Source of the DNA: Podarcis muralis
Taxonomy: Eukaryota
Direction of reading: 5' to 3'
Assembly (NCBI RefSeq): GCF_964188315.1
Contig: NC_135667.1
Span: 12,400,001-12,464,000 of the forward strand
Length of the DNA: 64,000 nucleotides
Positions within the stretch are counted from its first letter, which is position 1; each line of letters starts with the position of its first letter. This document shows, one piece after another, positions 47,111 to 60,400 of this stretch. The position numbers were made by a program, and so were the translations under genes. Under the pieces are notes generated by a model. The model was not told the DNA's origin. It worked only from the letters and a program-made list of their open reading frames with translations, and did no database searches.

Positions 47111-50100
47111 TCAGATTTGTACATTCCTTCTTCTTACTAACTGCCCCTTGCTGTTCAGCTCAGGCTTTAGCAGAATGATGTAGCATTTAGGGGAAAAGAT
47201 GCAGCCCAGTAATCCAGCACTGGAGGCCAAGATGGAGAAGATTTCCACAGCTACCATGTATTTCCCCTTAGTGCTCATATAGGCTGGGACAAAGGTCACC
47301 CAAACACTGCAGAAGACCAACATACTGAATGTGATGAACTTGGCTTCATTGAAACTGTCTGGCAACTTCCTGGCTAGGAAAGCCACAATGAAGCTGACAG
47401 TAGCCTGTAAGCCCAGGAAGCCCAGGACACAGCAGAACATGATGACTGAACCTTCATTGCAGCCCAGAACAATCTCTTCAGCCATTGTGTTCATGTCTAC
47501 ATCTGGGAACGGGGGCGATGTTGCCAGCCACACCACACACTGACTGGCTTGAATCAGGGAGCAAAAAAGAACAACAGAAATGGCCAGTCTATTCCCCACC
47601 CATCTTCTCAGGCTGGACCCTGGCTTGGTGGCCATGAAGGCTAAAAGGACTATGACAGTTTTGGCCAAAATGCAAGAAACTGCCACTGAGAAGATAATGG
47701 CAAAGGCAGTTTGTCGAAGGAGGCACGTCCCTTCCTCGGGTTGGCCAATGAATAGCAGAGAGCAGAGGAAGGAAAGCAGGAGTGAGACAAGGAGGGTGTA
47801 GGTGAGGTTCCTGTTGTTGGCTTTGACTATGGGGGTATTGTTGTGCTTAATGAAGATTCCCAGCACAAAAGCTGTGGTGAAAGAAAAGCAAAGAGCAACA
47901 ATGGCCATACTTATGCCCAAAGGTTCTCCACAAGACAAGAAGATTATATTTTTTGGAATACATAAATCCTGCTCCCGGTTTGCATAATGATCACTTGGAC
48001 ATTGTAAGCAGTCAGCCATGTCTGGGGAGAAAAACAGGCTTTAGTAAAACCAATCTGCATTTTCCTCCTTCTCTTTTCTTTCCCCCACCTTCAATACTCA
48101 TTTGAGGCAGACCTATTTGTCTTCATGATCTGCCTCCTCTGCCACTTATTCATCTCTTTACATTCCTCTGTGCTCTCAATTTAAAATTCGCATCCCTTAC
48201 CTATCAGGTTGGAAATCTTCCCTTCTGGGCATGAAACACAGCCATAGCAGCAAAATGGTTTCCCTTCGATCTTAGTCTTCCTAGAGCCTGGATGGCAGAA
48301 TTCATTACATACAGAAAAGGGCTGTGCCTGTACAGACATGAAATCAGTGAAAGTCTGAGACAATTGTATCCACTATGTCAAAGGGGAATTTTGTCAAAAA
48401 TGCACACATCCTGTTCAGACTGGCTAAGGCCATTCCTTGAATCTTTTACAAATGCATAAGAAATATTTTTGGCAAATAATTACACTTACTCCAGGATTTG
48501 GCCAACATGTTTCCCACTCAACAGAACACTTTGCCACAACCATCCATCATTTTATGAATTTCACAGTTTTGTGTGGGTACATGTTGATTAATCTTTCATT
48601 ATATTTTTAAAATATCAAATGGCATTCAAAACTAGAGGTTAATAGTTTAGTATTAAATGGGTCTAAACACTAAGTAGGTATTCACAGAATGAGAGCCTTA
48701 AGAGTTCAAGATTTTGCAAAGTAATTTTCCTTCCAGTTATTTAGGTATGTATTGACCATACCTGGTTAAATTTGGTAGGCCATACAATATCATTAGAAGA
48801 AATGTTCAATGTTTTCTCTTTGGGAGCAATGACATCTATCTTGCCAAGTTTGACTCGAAGAAAGGAGTGGTTTGGGAATGTTACCCAGTTGATAATATCA
48901 AATCCAGCTGTTAATTCTCCATTTTGATCAAAGGAAACCTTTTCCCCAGCACTGTTGTTAAAGGAGACCCTTTTAAGGAAGTCATGGAGCTAAATTGAAA
49001 CAACAGGAAAGTCAACAAACTATGTTTTGGAGCCCGCTTAAAAGTTCATATTCACTCATAATGGTAGTAAAGCACTCTGATAATGGAGTAAATCTGATAT
49101 ACCCTATATTAAAATCTTCATGATCATCACCCATCAGATTTTAATGAGCTATATCCCCAGGATATCTGCCAAGTCAGAAAAAATCACATGAGGAAAAGAC
49201 CATGCGACATTAATGTTGAGAAAGCTGTCAGCTATCAGGTATGAATTCAGTTTCCCTGTTCTTGAAGGACAAAGTGCAGAGACTATAGGTGCTCCTAGAT
49301 CAAACTGTGTTGCTGGAGAAGCAGGTTTCCTTAGTGGCTGGGAGTGGTTTTCAACAACTTTAATATATGAATAAGGATCTAGTGGTATTTTGCCAAACCT
49401 AAGGTAAACACTGTGCATGTGAACTCTTTTTGGAGTTGGGTTCCAAAATGTTTTTAAAAGTAACAAGTAGAAACATACCATTATTTTCCCAAACATTAGC
49501 AAAAGTATGCCAGCCTGGTGGCCTCTCTTGCACCACTCCATTTTCCTGAACTTATGATGTGCTGGTGGTGGCATGCATGAACTCTCCTGAATCTCTGGGC
49601 TCAAGAAATTACCTGCCATGGTTCTTGATTCAGAAGCTCCCCTCTTCCTCCATCCATCTTTGTTGCATGTTTCAATTTGAATGACTGCATGGATTGCAAA
49701 GCATGTGCTACAGCAAAGACTGCATTGTATACACTGTAGCTGTGGCCAGTCAGGCTCATTTCAAAGACAGATGCAGGAAGTGTCTCCAGCTTCTCATCCC
49801 CCGTGCAGATTTCCCCAGCCTCCCATTGTACCTCACTTTGGGGGAATATACAATTAAAAGCCTTTTCCCAGAAGATCCTAAGAAATACATCTTCTTTTGC
49901 AGAGAAAGGATTTCTCATCTGAATGAATTTCTGGAATCCTAGGACCTCCTTGGCATGAACTGCAATGGATAAAGCACCATGGATGATGTCTATGTCCCAA
50001 GTATTTTGGATGTGAATTGATGTGAATTCCATCTGGGCGGTCATAACCCAGACTTTTGTCTTCCTTGTAATATCCTCTACTTCTAAAACCTGCGGAAGCA

Positions 50101-52347
50101 TTCTCAAGCATATCATAGTATGAATTTCACCATGTAGAATCACAACGTTGGCAGTGCTATCTATAATAATCTTATATGTTTTAATCCACTCAACAAACGT
50201 TTCATCAACATCCTCAGTAAAATAGAGTGATGGTAAAGCTTCTACAAAGTCAAAGCAGATGCCACTCTGGGAAAACTCAGGAAGCACAGTCTGTACAAAA
50301 CTCTGCCCATTGTCATCATCTATGAAAACCACCCCAATCCATGTCCAGCTGAAAAACAACAGCAATTGTAGGATCCCAGCATTCTGTCGGTCCACATTTG
50401 GGAACATCCTCTGGAAGAAAGCTCCTTGAGCATGACCTTTAATCACAGGGGCAGAGCCATACCCAACCTATAAATATGCAAAAAGAATGTTGTTTTACAT
50501 AAATTCTATTTATTTCCTTCGTAAATAAGAGCTTTTGAAGAAGTTTCTTTAGCATGCTGCTTTCATCTCTGAATCTTTAAAGTCCATCTAACAGGCATCA
50601 GAAGGATGACTGAATTCTTAAAGTCCAGGGCCTCAGGAGCAAATCTTACCTGTGGGATTTTGAAGATACCGAGAATGGTTACCATGAAAAAACAAACATC
50701 TGAATTAGGTCCCCCAATGACAGCTACAACATTATCCCCCACATCACACTTATAGTTTGGGATGAATCTTCCCCATGTGGAGAGGAGTTCCAGTGAAGCC
50801 AGATAAGTCCTGCTAGCAATAAAATGGCTATTGTAGATGTTGAAGCCCAGGGTGAGGTTGGAAAAGATCTGGAGATTCTCATTTATCTCCTTTACAGCAA
50901 ATACAAAGGCTAGGATGTGCTGGTAGCTCTGAGTAATCAACCTGCAATTAGATTTTTATGCTGTGTCAGAGTGTTTCACATTTAGAATACAGGACGTGGT
51001 GCATCTCTATTCAACGAATCTCTGAATTTTACCCCAATAAATGCCTCTTATTTAGAAACCAGACATATGCATTCATGTGCAATGTTTAAAAGCTAGGGAG
51101 TGGGTGGCACTGTGTGCTGTGTTACGGGGTGAGGTCTGTCCTAGCTTCTGCCAATCTCAGTTTAAAAGCACACCAGTGCAAGTAGATAAATAGGTGCCGC
51201 TCGGCAGGAAGATAAGCAGGGTTTCCTTGTGCTCTGGCTTCTGTCACAGCCCTCCATGTGCCAGTAGTGGTTTAGTCATGCTGGCCACATAACCCGGAAA
51301 GCTGTCTGAGGACAAATGCCGGCTCCCTCGGCCTGAAAAGTGAGATGAGCGCTGCACGCCATAGTCATCTTTGACTGGACTTAACCATCCAGGGGTCCTT
51401 TACCTTTACCTTTTTTACCTTATTCAGAAACCAGACATATGCATTCATGTTCAAAAGCCAGGTTCATACATGTAAATGCTACTGATATAAAATTTGTTTT
51501 ATGCAGATGTGAGCTCCTTTGTGTTGATATATTCTTATACTTTCTACTAGACTGATCATCCCTCAAAGGGTGAGGTGACAATGATATAAATGCCACTAAA
51601 ATTGATCAAAGGCCATAAAGAAACCTGAAGGCAAAGCAAAGTTAAATGGGAAACCATAAAACCTGCAGTGGAGGGGTGGTTCAGTCCAGAAAATCCAACA
51701 CAATTATGGTGAGACCTAAATCGCAAATCCAGTCTCAGCAAACCTCTTCTGAATATAGAAGAAAATTATTTACCAGGAGAAAGCTGGTTCAAGATTTACA
51801 ATGCCTCATTTAATTGTGAAAAGATGTGCATGCAATTCCATTTTCATTTGTAATCAGATCACACTTTTATGGTGTCTTTCTATATATTAAATAAATTTTG
51901 TATGGATTGTATATATGGATTTTGATGATGATGAAGAAGAAGAAGAATGTTTACACCTGTCAATATATAATTTCGAGTGACAAAGGTAACTAAAAACAGC
52001 TATAGCAAAAGTTGCAAAATGTTTGATGCAAAATATTATAAAGGTTGATAATAATCTAGTCACAGCTCTAAAATATGTCTTAAGTTCATGGCCAGTCATC
52101 GAGTCTTGGCTGTTCTAACTACAAAAAATTAACACAGGTACATTTTCTTGTTTCTAAAGCAATCAAATTCTTACAAGATGTCGTCAAGGAGTTCTTCAGA
52201 GGGATGTTTTTTGAAGTTTATAGGGTTGGAAAGCGTGTAGATCTGAGAAACGATGGCAGCAATGGTTAGGCCTCCAGAACGATAATAGTTGTGGTTTACT
52301 GTGAAAGGTTCACTCATATTACATTGAGCAACATTAAGGCCCCTCAT
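47111..52347 (-). CDS. Vomeronasal type-2 receptor V2R-2, six in-frame exons but no signal peptide evident
   Basis: Exons 52347-52175, 50941-50650, 50467-49613, 48989-48762, 48327-48201 and 48021-47111, GT/AG and in phase. Exon 1 reads [26 protein letters not shown]..., with an in-frame TAG five codons upstream. Confidence 0.85.
51096..51420 (+). mobile_element. Sauria SINE (diverged head) in V2R-2 intron 1
   Basis: gtgcaagtagataaatagg core and tttacc tail; flanking 25-bp direct repeat agaaaccagacatatgcattcatgt. Confidence 0.85.
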
Positions 52348-54441
52348 TTTGCACGAAATCTATCTGAATATCGATATTCCTATTCCCTCATTGCTATTCA
52401 ATTATGTGTCTTTAAGTAGCACAGCCTAACTTGAATGGCCACTCAGTTGACCTTTTGGCAGCCAATACTATAATACCAGTTATGGTCCCCCACCTGTCTT
52501 AAGCCCTGCTCTGAATAACACACAGGATATTAATCACACCCATCCACATTGGGTCATTGTTTTCATAGTAGCTCCTGGAACTACCTTGGGACTTACAGAA
52601 AAAGTTGAAGTAATCATGGTCAATTGGATAATTCTTGGGTAGATAATCATGGATGCAGAATTAGAGGTTCTCTGCAAGTTGCAGGTGCAAACAAGCCTAT
52701 TGTGTGTTTTTGAAGAAGTTTCATTTGGTCCACCTGTGAAGAAACATTTCTGCACTGTTGAGATATGACAGGCACCCACCATTGGTGCTTTCCAGGAATA
52801 ATGGAAGTAATTCTTCTTTCAACAAGCATTTTCAGCCAGGTGGAATGGTCTCAGCTTTAGATGTTTATTTTGTATTGTTTTTCTAACTTTTTTTTAATTT
52901 TTACATCATTTAAACTGTTTTACTTGTTCACATGTAGAACAAATTGCAATTGATGACGTACCATTACAAATTGAAAGACTAAATAATGATCTTTCAGTTG
53001 ATCCCAATTTTTTCTCCAGCGTTGTTTTTATTGTGCCTTCCCATCAGTTTTCTCTCTCTGCTTTATTTTGTTCCATCTATTAATAACTCATAACTTTTTC
53101 ACTGGTTGTTTTCATTTTCTACTATTGCTTTTAGCATGTAGACAACCTGCTTAAATAAGTCAGCTCCCTTGACCCTGACCCAACTTGGCATATCATAGAG
53201 GATTGACTGTGTGGGTCCAGGCACTGATTAGTATGATTATTAGTACTTGATGTTCTTAAATGGGCCTTCTCACCACCGTTTTCTCTCTATGCTTTATTAC
53301 ATTACATCTAATTATTTTTTACTAGATCCCCACTGTTTTCCTTTTTCTATTATTACTTTCCCCACATTGTCTCCCATGTTAGAACAAATATTGAGCCCAA
53401 TGCTTTTCCAAAGGAAAAACCTTTCCATTTGGTTGAGGGGTGTTCTCAGAGCCAAGCATCCCTGAGTGGTCATTGCTCAGTAATATTCCTTCTTCCTCTT
53501 GCATTTTCCATGATCACTCAGGCAGCTGTGGCATACTAAAGTAACTCACCCAGATTACAGATGACAGAGCTTTTTGTTAAGCATGGCAATGAAATTCTGG
53601 TCTTAGATATACTGTATGCTGTAGCTGGCTAGGAAGTGCAGGTCATGCACTTTCTAAACCAGCCAAGTATATGTGATCAGGCAGTACGTGACCTAAATAG
53701 TTTTGAACAACTTCTTGAAAGATCTAAGACACTGGGTAAAGGTATTATTTCCCAAATATAAAATATTCTCACACAGTGGTCTTCTCCTCCTCTCATCACA
53801 CTATGATTAAAGTTGGGAAACGTTTGGTTGAGAAACTAGATGAAGAACTTTGGGATCGAATCGGAAGGCTAGGGAGGCTGCACAGCACTGGGGAAAGGTT
53901 GAGCGGAATGCAGAATTCACACATGCACACTCTCATCCACTTCACAACAAGAAGGCAAGTTAAATGTTGAGCCTACTGAAAGGACAAAGAAATTGTCCTG
54001 CAAACAAGGCACAAAGAAAGTCCAGAAAATAACACAAAAAATCAAAACTGTATCATAAACCTCAGTTCCAATAAACATATAAAATGATGATGGTTCCCAG
54101 TTGAATATGATAATGAAGAAGATAATTGTGTCAATTCTTTATTCATCTATTTTGCTCTGTCACGCACAAAAATAAAACATTTTGGGGAACATGTGCAGTC
54201 TAATAACCCAGCATTGGAGGCCTGGTTCTCTACAGCAACCATATATTTAACAGAAACATATCAAACATTTATAAAGAATAACAATTTGCATGGCATTTAC
54301 ATTTTACTGAGGAGATAAAACTGCAAAATATGACATGATGACTATCAAAGGAACGGGATAATAACCAACATGATTGTAAATATCTGATTGCTTTATCAAA
54401 GCTGATTTAAGATGGATAAGGGCTATATAATATCAGATATG

Positions 54442-56384
54442 TCAATCCTTTCTTCTTTTTAGTTGCTCCTTGCAGTTCAGTTGAGGTCTCAACACAATAA
54501 TGTAGAATTTTGGGGAAAATATGCAGCCTAGGACACCAGCACTGGAGGCTAAGATGGAGAAGATCTCCACAGCCACCATATATTTTCCTCTTGTGCTCAG
54601 ATAAGTGGGGACAAAGGACAGCCACACACTGCAAAAAAACCAGCATGCTGAAGGTGATAAACTTGGCTTCATTAAAACTGTCAGGTAACTTCCTGGCTAG
54701 GAAGGCCACTGTGAAGCTGACAACAGCCAACAAGGCCAAAAACCCCAAGACACTATAGAACATGGTGACTGACCCTTCATTACATTCCAGAACAATTTCT
54801 TTAGACACAGAGTGCATATCCAAAAATCTGGGAATGGGGGAGACATTGCCAGCCATACACAACAAAGAACGGCTTGAATCAGGGAGCAGGAAAGAACTAT
54901 GGAGGTGGCCTGCTGTCTCCCTGTTGGTTTGCAAGCCCCCTCCTCAGAGGCTGGCCCCTCTCACTGTCCTCGGAGCTTGCATACCGGTAACCTCCTCTGG
55001 CTGATATCCAGACAGACCAGGGAGATTTTGATAGGCGACATTTTCCCAAGCGTGGGTAAAATGCACAACCCCTCCCTCCTGCTTCCGCAGGGGAAAGAAA
55101 ATAAGTCAGAAATCTATTTACATGATGTTTATTTCTGACATTACAGCACTAGAGAAAAACACGTCCTTTTAGTTCAGTTCTTCTAGCACGTCTGACAAAC
55201 TTCCTGAACATGCGCAGTCGGAAGGTTTCAAGTTACACTCTTCACGAAGACTTATCCAGCCTGTGAACGTCCTGGGAAATTCTTCTTTCCCACAGATAGG
55301 CGCATCATGTGATGTCAACAATCTGGCTGTCTGCAGCGGTGATGTTTCCATATACTGACATTCCCCACCCATTTCCTCATCCTGGAACCTGGTTTGGTGA
55401 CTCTGAACGCAAGGACCACAATGATTGTCTTGGCCAACACACAAGAAATTGCCAATGAAAAGATCATGCCAAATGCTGTTTGCTGAAGGAGACAGGTCAC
55501 TTTCTCTGGTTGACCAATAAATAGAAAAGCACAAAGGAAGGCAAGAAGGAGGGAGGTGAGGAGTGTGTAGGTGAGGTTCCGGTTGTTGGCTTTGACTATG
55601 GGAGTGTCTCGGTGCTTAATAAAGACCCAAAGCACCAAAGCTGTGATGAAAGAAAGGGAAAGAGCAAGAACTGCCAAAGAGATCCATAAGACAAGAAACT
55701 GATGTCCTTTGGAATACACGAATCCCGTTCCATGTTTGGGTATTGATCTTGTGGGCACTGAAGGCATTCATCCATGTCTGAAAAAGAAAATTCAAGGTTC
55801 TATGCAGTGCAGCACAATTTGTTTTCTACTAAAATAATAAATATTAAAATAACAAAATAATAAATATGAGTTGAAAGTTATTTTTGTATTTCCCTTGGCC
55901 TTTTCTATGGTAACTGAGCATGCTGAGCCCTCTTTGTGCCTTATCCTTAAGATGGAAAGGCTGTTATAACTTTAACTTTCCCTCCAAAATTGTAACTCTG
56001 CAATCTTCAGATTTTCTCTGAACAAACACTATAACTTCTTCTGAGAGAGTGGTGGCGTTTTTTTCCTTTTTGCTGTAGATAATGACCAGCTCTCAATCAC
56101 TTAGGACTGCAATGGTTGAGGATATCATGCTATATCTTCATATCAAGAACCGCATCCTTCACTGAATTCTGAAGAATTTTCTCCACACAAGGGAAATGGG
56201 TTTCTGAATACCTGAGTGACGCTTCATTTGAAAGGCTCTGTGCATGATGTCTCTTACCCATCTGGTTGGAAAACTTCCCTTCAGGACATTGAATGCAGTC
56301 ATAGCAACAAAATGGCTCCCCTTCCTTCTTTGCTTTATGGTAACCCAAAGGGCATTTATCATTACAAACAGAACGGGGCTGCAC
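54442..56384 (-). pseudogene. V2R pseudogene fragment (exons 5-6 only), close paralog of V2R-1
   Basis: Exon 5 at 56384-56258. Exon 6 at 55777-54442 has a deletion near its start, an LTR insertion and indels near 54635 and 54822. Homology to V2R-1 stops near 56440 and exons 1-4 are not seen. Confidence 0.9.
54922..55360. mobile_element. Solo LTR inserted in V2R exon 6
   Basis: 439 bp with TG...CA ends (tgttggt / actgaca) and 5-bp flanks ctccc / ttccc; the empty site tgctgtctccccaccc is visible in V2R-1 near 34541. Confidence 0.8.
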
Positions 56385-56949
56385 CTGTCCACAAATGAAA
56401 GAAGAGAAGGTTTTCTCTTTTGCAAGCTTGGATATCAAAAGGACATTACATTCTGGAAACTTGAAGAACTGTCTCATACAGTGCCACCATATGGGAAAGA
56501 AGGAAGAAGCTTAGATTACCTATAAAATGAAACTATATAAAATCAGTTGGTCTCTGTCTTATGGGGCTTTTTAGTTGAAACAACTGAGTTTCATTATATC
56601 AGGAGCTAATGAAAACCTGGATCGACCTGGAAGAGAAGATTATAAACCTCTGATCCTCTGTAATATTCCCTTCACAGAGCTACAATTTCCAGAGTGGTAT
56701 AGCAATCAATCTCTCTGATAACTGTAGCTCTGTGAGGGGAGAGGGGGTCTCCTAACATCCATGAGGACCCTTAACAAACTGCAGTTTTAAAAAAATGGGA
56801 TGGGGAGCAATGACTATTTAAATTAGTATGCTGCTGCTTTAAATGCATAGTACAGATGGTCCTCATAATGGTATGTTTAAATACAGCCTCACTGTTCAAG
56901 CCATACCTGTTTTTTTGCTACAAAGTACATATATATGGGCTTTTTTATT

Positions 56950-57185
56950 AGGGCTTTTTTTCAGCCAGAACTCACTGGAACTCAGTTCCGGCACCTCTCA
57001 GGTGGGAGCCATTGCCATTCTAGGAGAACAAGGGAGTATACTATACTATACTATACTATACTATACTATACTATACTATACTATACTATACTATACCATA
57101 CCATACCATACCATACCATTCTAGGAGAACAAGGGAGGCCTTCATGTTGAGTTCCGACACCTCTTTTTCTAGAAAAATAGCACTG
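56950..57185. mobile_element. MITE-like repeat containing a (TATAC)n/(CATAC)n microsatellite at 57037-57115
   Basis: agggctttttttcag ... agaaaaatagcactg ends; 22-bp direct repeat around the microsatellite. Confidence 0.5.
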
Positions 57186-57466
57186 CTACTGAGTAATTAT
57201 CAAATTCACCATGATTACTTCGTCTTCTTCTCTGAGTCCCAAGGGAGTTCCATTAGCCACAGCAAAAACAAAGGCCCAAGACTGATGGGTGCTATTAACA
57301 TTCCCTGTAGCATCCAAAGCAGGTGCTTAAGACAGGCAGGTGGTGGTCACTCTGACTGCTGATACTCTGCAGTGTAGAGTCTTGGCTGTGAATAAGTCAA
57401 AAGAGTGACCATTCAGTGCTGCTCAGGGAACATGAGAATAAGTGTTAAGACAGATGTGTGTTCAAG

Positions 57467-60400
57467 ATGGTATGTTTCATGCTCTTGGTATTGCTGCTGC
57501 TTCCTTGGGCTGTGTGGAATCTAACTGTAGCTCAATGTGGTATCAATGACCGTCTTCCAGTAAATCACAAGTATTATCAGTCAGGAGACCTCATCATTGC
57601 TGGCATCATATCTCAGATCTACACATTTTCCAGCCCTATAACTTTCGAAAAACATCCCTCTCATGAACTCCTTGATGAAATTGTGTAAGGAATTAATTTC
57701 TTGATCATATCATTTTCCAGACGGTCTAGTTGTGTTAGTCTGTTGCAGCAAAAAAAGAGAAATGGCGGGAGGGGGACTCCTATTATAGCATAAGCTTTCA
57801 TGGGTTAGAGTTTATGATGAAATGCACTTAAGCACAAAAACATTTATGCCATAATACATTTGTTAGTTTTAGGTTTAAACCATTATCTGCCCAGATAAGA
57901 TTCTTAGAATAAACTAGGAGTAAAATTACTGGGATTCCATCACTCTCTACATCTCAGTGTGCATTGGTGGTAGTGGATGGTTTGTAGTTCCGGTGCTTAT
58001 ATCCAAAGCATCTTCCTCCAACTCTCATTCATTTTTAAGAGTGTTGATTAGGATGAATGATGCCTACATTTCAGTCACTTTCTTAAGACAGACATGGCTA
58101 AGCTATTGTCCTCTAGATGTTGCTGAACTTCAATTCCCATTTGACGCAGGCCATGGTGGCCAACGGTCAGAGATGTTGGGAGTTGCAGTTCGGCAGCATC
58201 TGAAGGATGCTAGCCAGCTCTGCACAGTTTAGATTTGTGGATAGATTTTGAAACCTATTCATGTATATATTTATGGATATTGCAATAATAATAGCAGCAA
58301 CCACTGCCAAACTTGGGGAGGAGAATGAGCCATGTGCTGACAGCGGAAAACCCAGCAAAGAAACCCACAGCTTGGCGCAAGCAACAGGATTCGTCGCACA
58401 AATCCTGGGGTTCTCTCCATAAAAAAAGGTCGACAACTCTGGGCAACATAGGGGCAGGGGTGCCGGATGGATCTTTGCACCCTGGCACCGCATATGCTTA
58501 AGACGGCCCTGGCAGAGTGCAAGGAGTATTGGTTTTAAATGAAAATCACCCAATGCTTGCCCCTTTCTAAAATTTCTTCATTGGGGTGTGTTTTTTCTTT
58601 TTATAAATCTACCAAAGAATGAAATGAAATGAAATCAGGATGGAGGGGTTTTCTCAGGACAGTGGAGAGGGTGTGTGCTCTGTCCCATTGGTGTGGTGGT
58701 GGTGTCACTTGCTTCTCCTGATAGAAAATACTCTGGGGGGGGGGGAGAAATGGGAGGGTCAAGGAGGGTTAGTTGGGGGAGTGAGATATGTCCCCATTTT
58801 CATCTGAGGAATGTTGGAGGGTATGCACCTTTATTCGAATGTGTGAAAGACCACACAGCTCCCTCACCTGAAGATCTTGTTCACAAGGCAATACACATCT
58901 CCCTTTCAGACCTCTCTCCAAATCACTATGACTTAGATTACCTGCCCATCAAAGATCCATTTTCTAAGACATGTAAATTCCTCCAATCAATTTTGTCGCC
59001 CCACCCTGTGAGAGCAGATCAGTGTAACAGGCATTACTAGAATAATATTAGCAGAAGAGACGTACAGATCCATAAATGAAAGTGGATATCACTGCAGATG
59101 TGAAGCAGGGTGAATGTGTATGTGTGGATTCAAAATAGATTAGGGTAAAATTCAGAGATGCACATATTCTGAAGCAGAGATGCTCTGACACAGCATGAAA
59201 ATCTGATTGCAGATATATGACTCAGACCTACCAGCACATCCTGTCCTTCATATTTGCTGTAAATGAGATCAATGAAAATCTCTGGATCTTATCCAACCTC
59301 ACCCTGGGCTTCCACATCTATAACAGCCATTTCACTGCAAGAGAGACCTATCTGGCCTCAATGGAACTTCTCTCCACAAGGGGCAGATTCATCCCAAACT
59401 ACAAGTGTGATGTGCATGATAATGCAGTAGCTTTCATTGTGGGTCCTAATTCAAATGTGTGTCTCTTCGTGGCAATGACTCTATATATCTACAAGATTTC
59501 GCAGGTAATGTGTATCCATGGAACATAGGATTGAAACAAACCAGTTATACTACCCTTTCTTTCTCCTCTGATAAAATTTTGCTCTTCATATTTTATATTT
59601 ATGAATGAAAAGGATGGCATCAGACTTTCCATGTCTAGGAAATGTCATTATAGAGGGTGAAGAGTAAACAGGATTTTGGAAATAACTCTTAACATTTCAT
59701 ATCTCTGGATTTTATTTTATTTTTCATATAGTTTGGATATGGCTCTGCTCCAATAATAAATGACCAAACCCAAGAAGCATTCTTCCAGAGGATGTTTCCT
59801 GCCGAAGAGCATCAGGCTGCAGGAATCCTCCAGCTGCTGCTGTTTTTCAGGTGGACATGGATTGGGGTGGTTTTTATCAATGGCGACAATGGAGAGAGGT
59901 TTGTACAGACTGTGCTTCCTGAATTTTCCAAGGGAGGTATTTGCTTCGACTTTATCCAAAATTTGCCAACACTGTATTTTACCACTGGCACGAACGATAT
60001 GGTGACTGAGTGGGTCAATACATACAAGGTTATTGTTCGAGGCACTGCCAACGTCGTGGTATTACATGGCGAAATAAATACTGTGATATTTCTGAGAATG
60101 TTTCCCCGGCTTTCAGAACTGGAGGACATAACAATGAATGCAAAAGTTTGGATCATGACGGCACAGATGGAATTTACATCCGTTTCCTTTCAAAGAGATT
60201 GGGAAATAGACATTATACACGGTGCTCTATCCATCGCAGTTCACTCAAAGGAGATTGTGGGGTTCCAGAAATTTATTCAGGGGAGAAATCCTACCTCAGA
60301 GAAAGAAGATGCTTTTCTTAGGGTCTTTTGGGAAACAGCTTTTGACTGTTCTCTCCCTAAAACTGATACAGAAAGAGACGATAGAGACATCTGCAGTGGG

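Noticed and set aside
54633-54639. +1 frameshift in an A7 run as sole proof of pseudogenisation
   Set aside because: Could be a homopolymer error; the pseudogene call rests on the LTR insertion, deletion and missing exons
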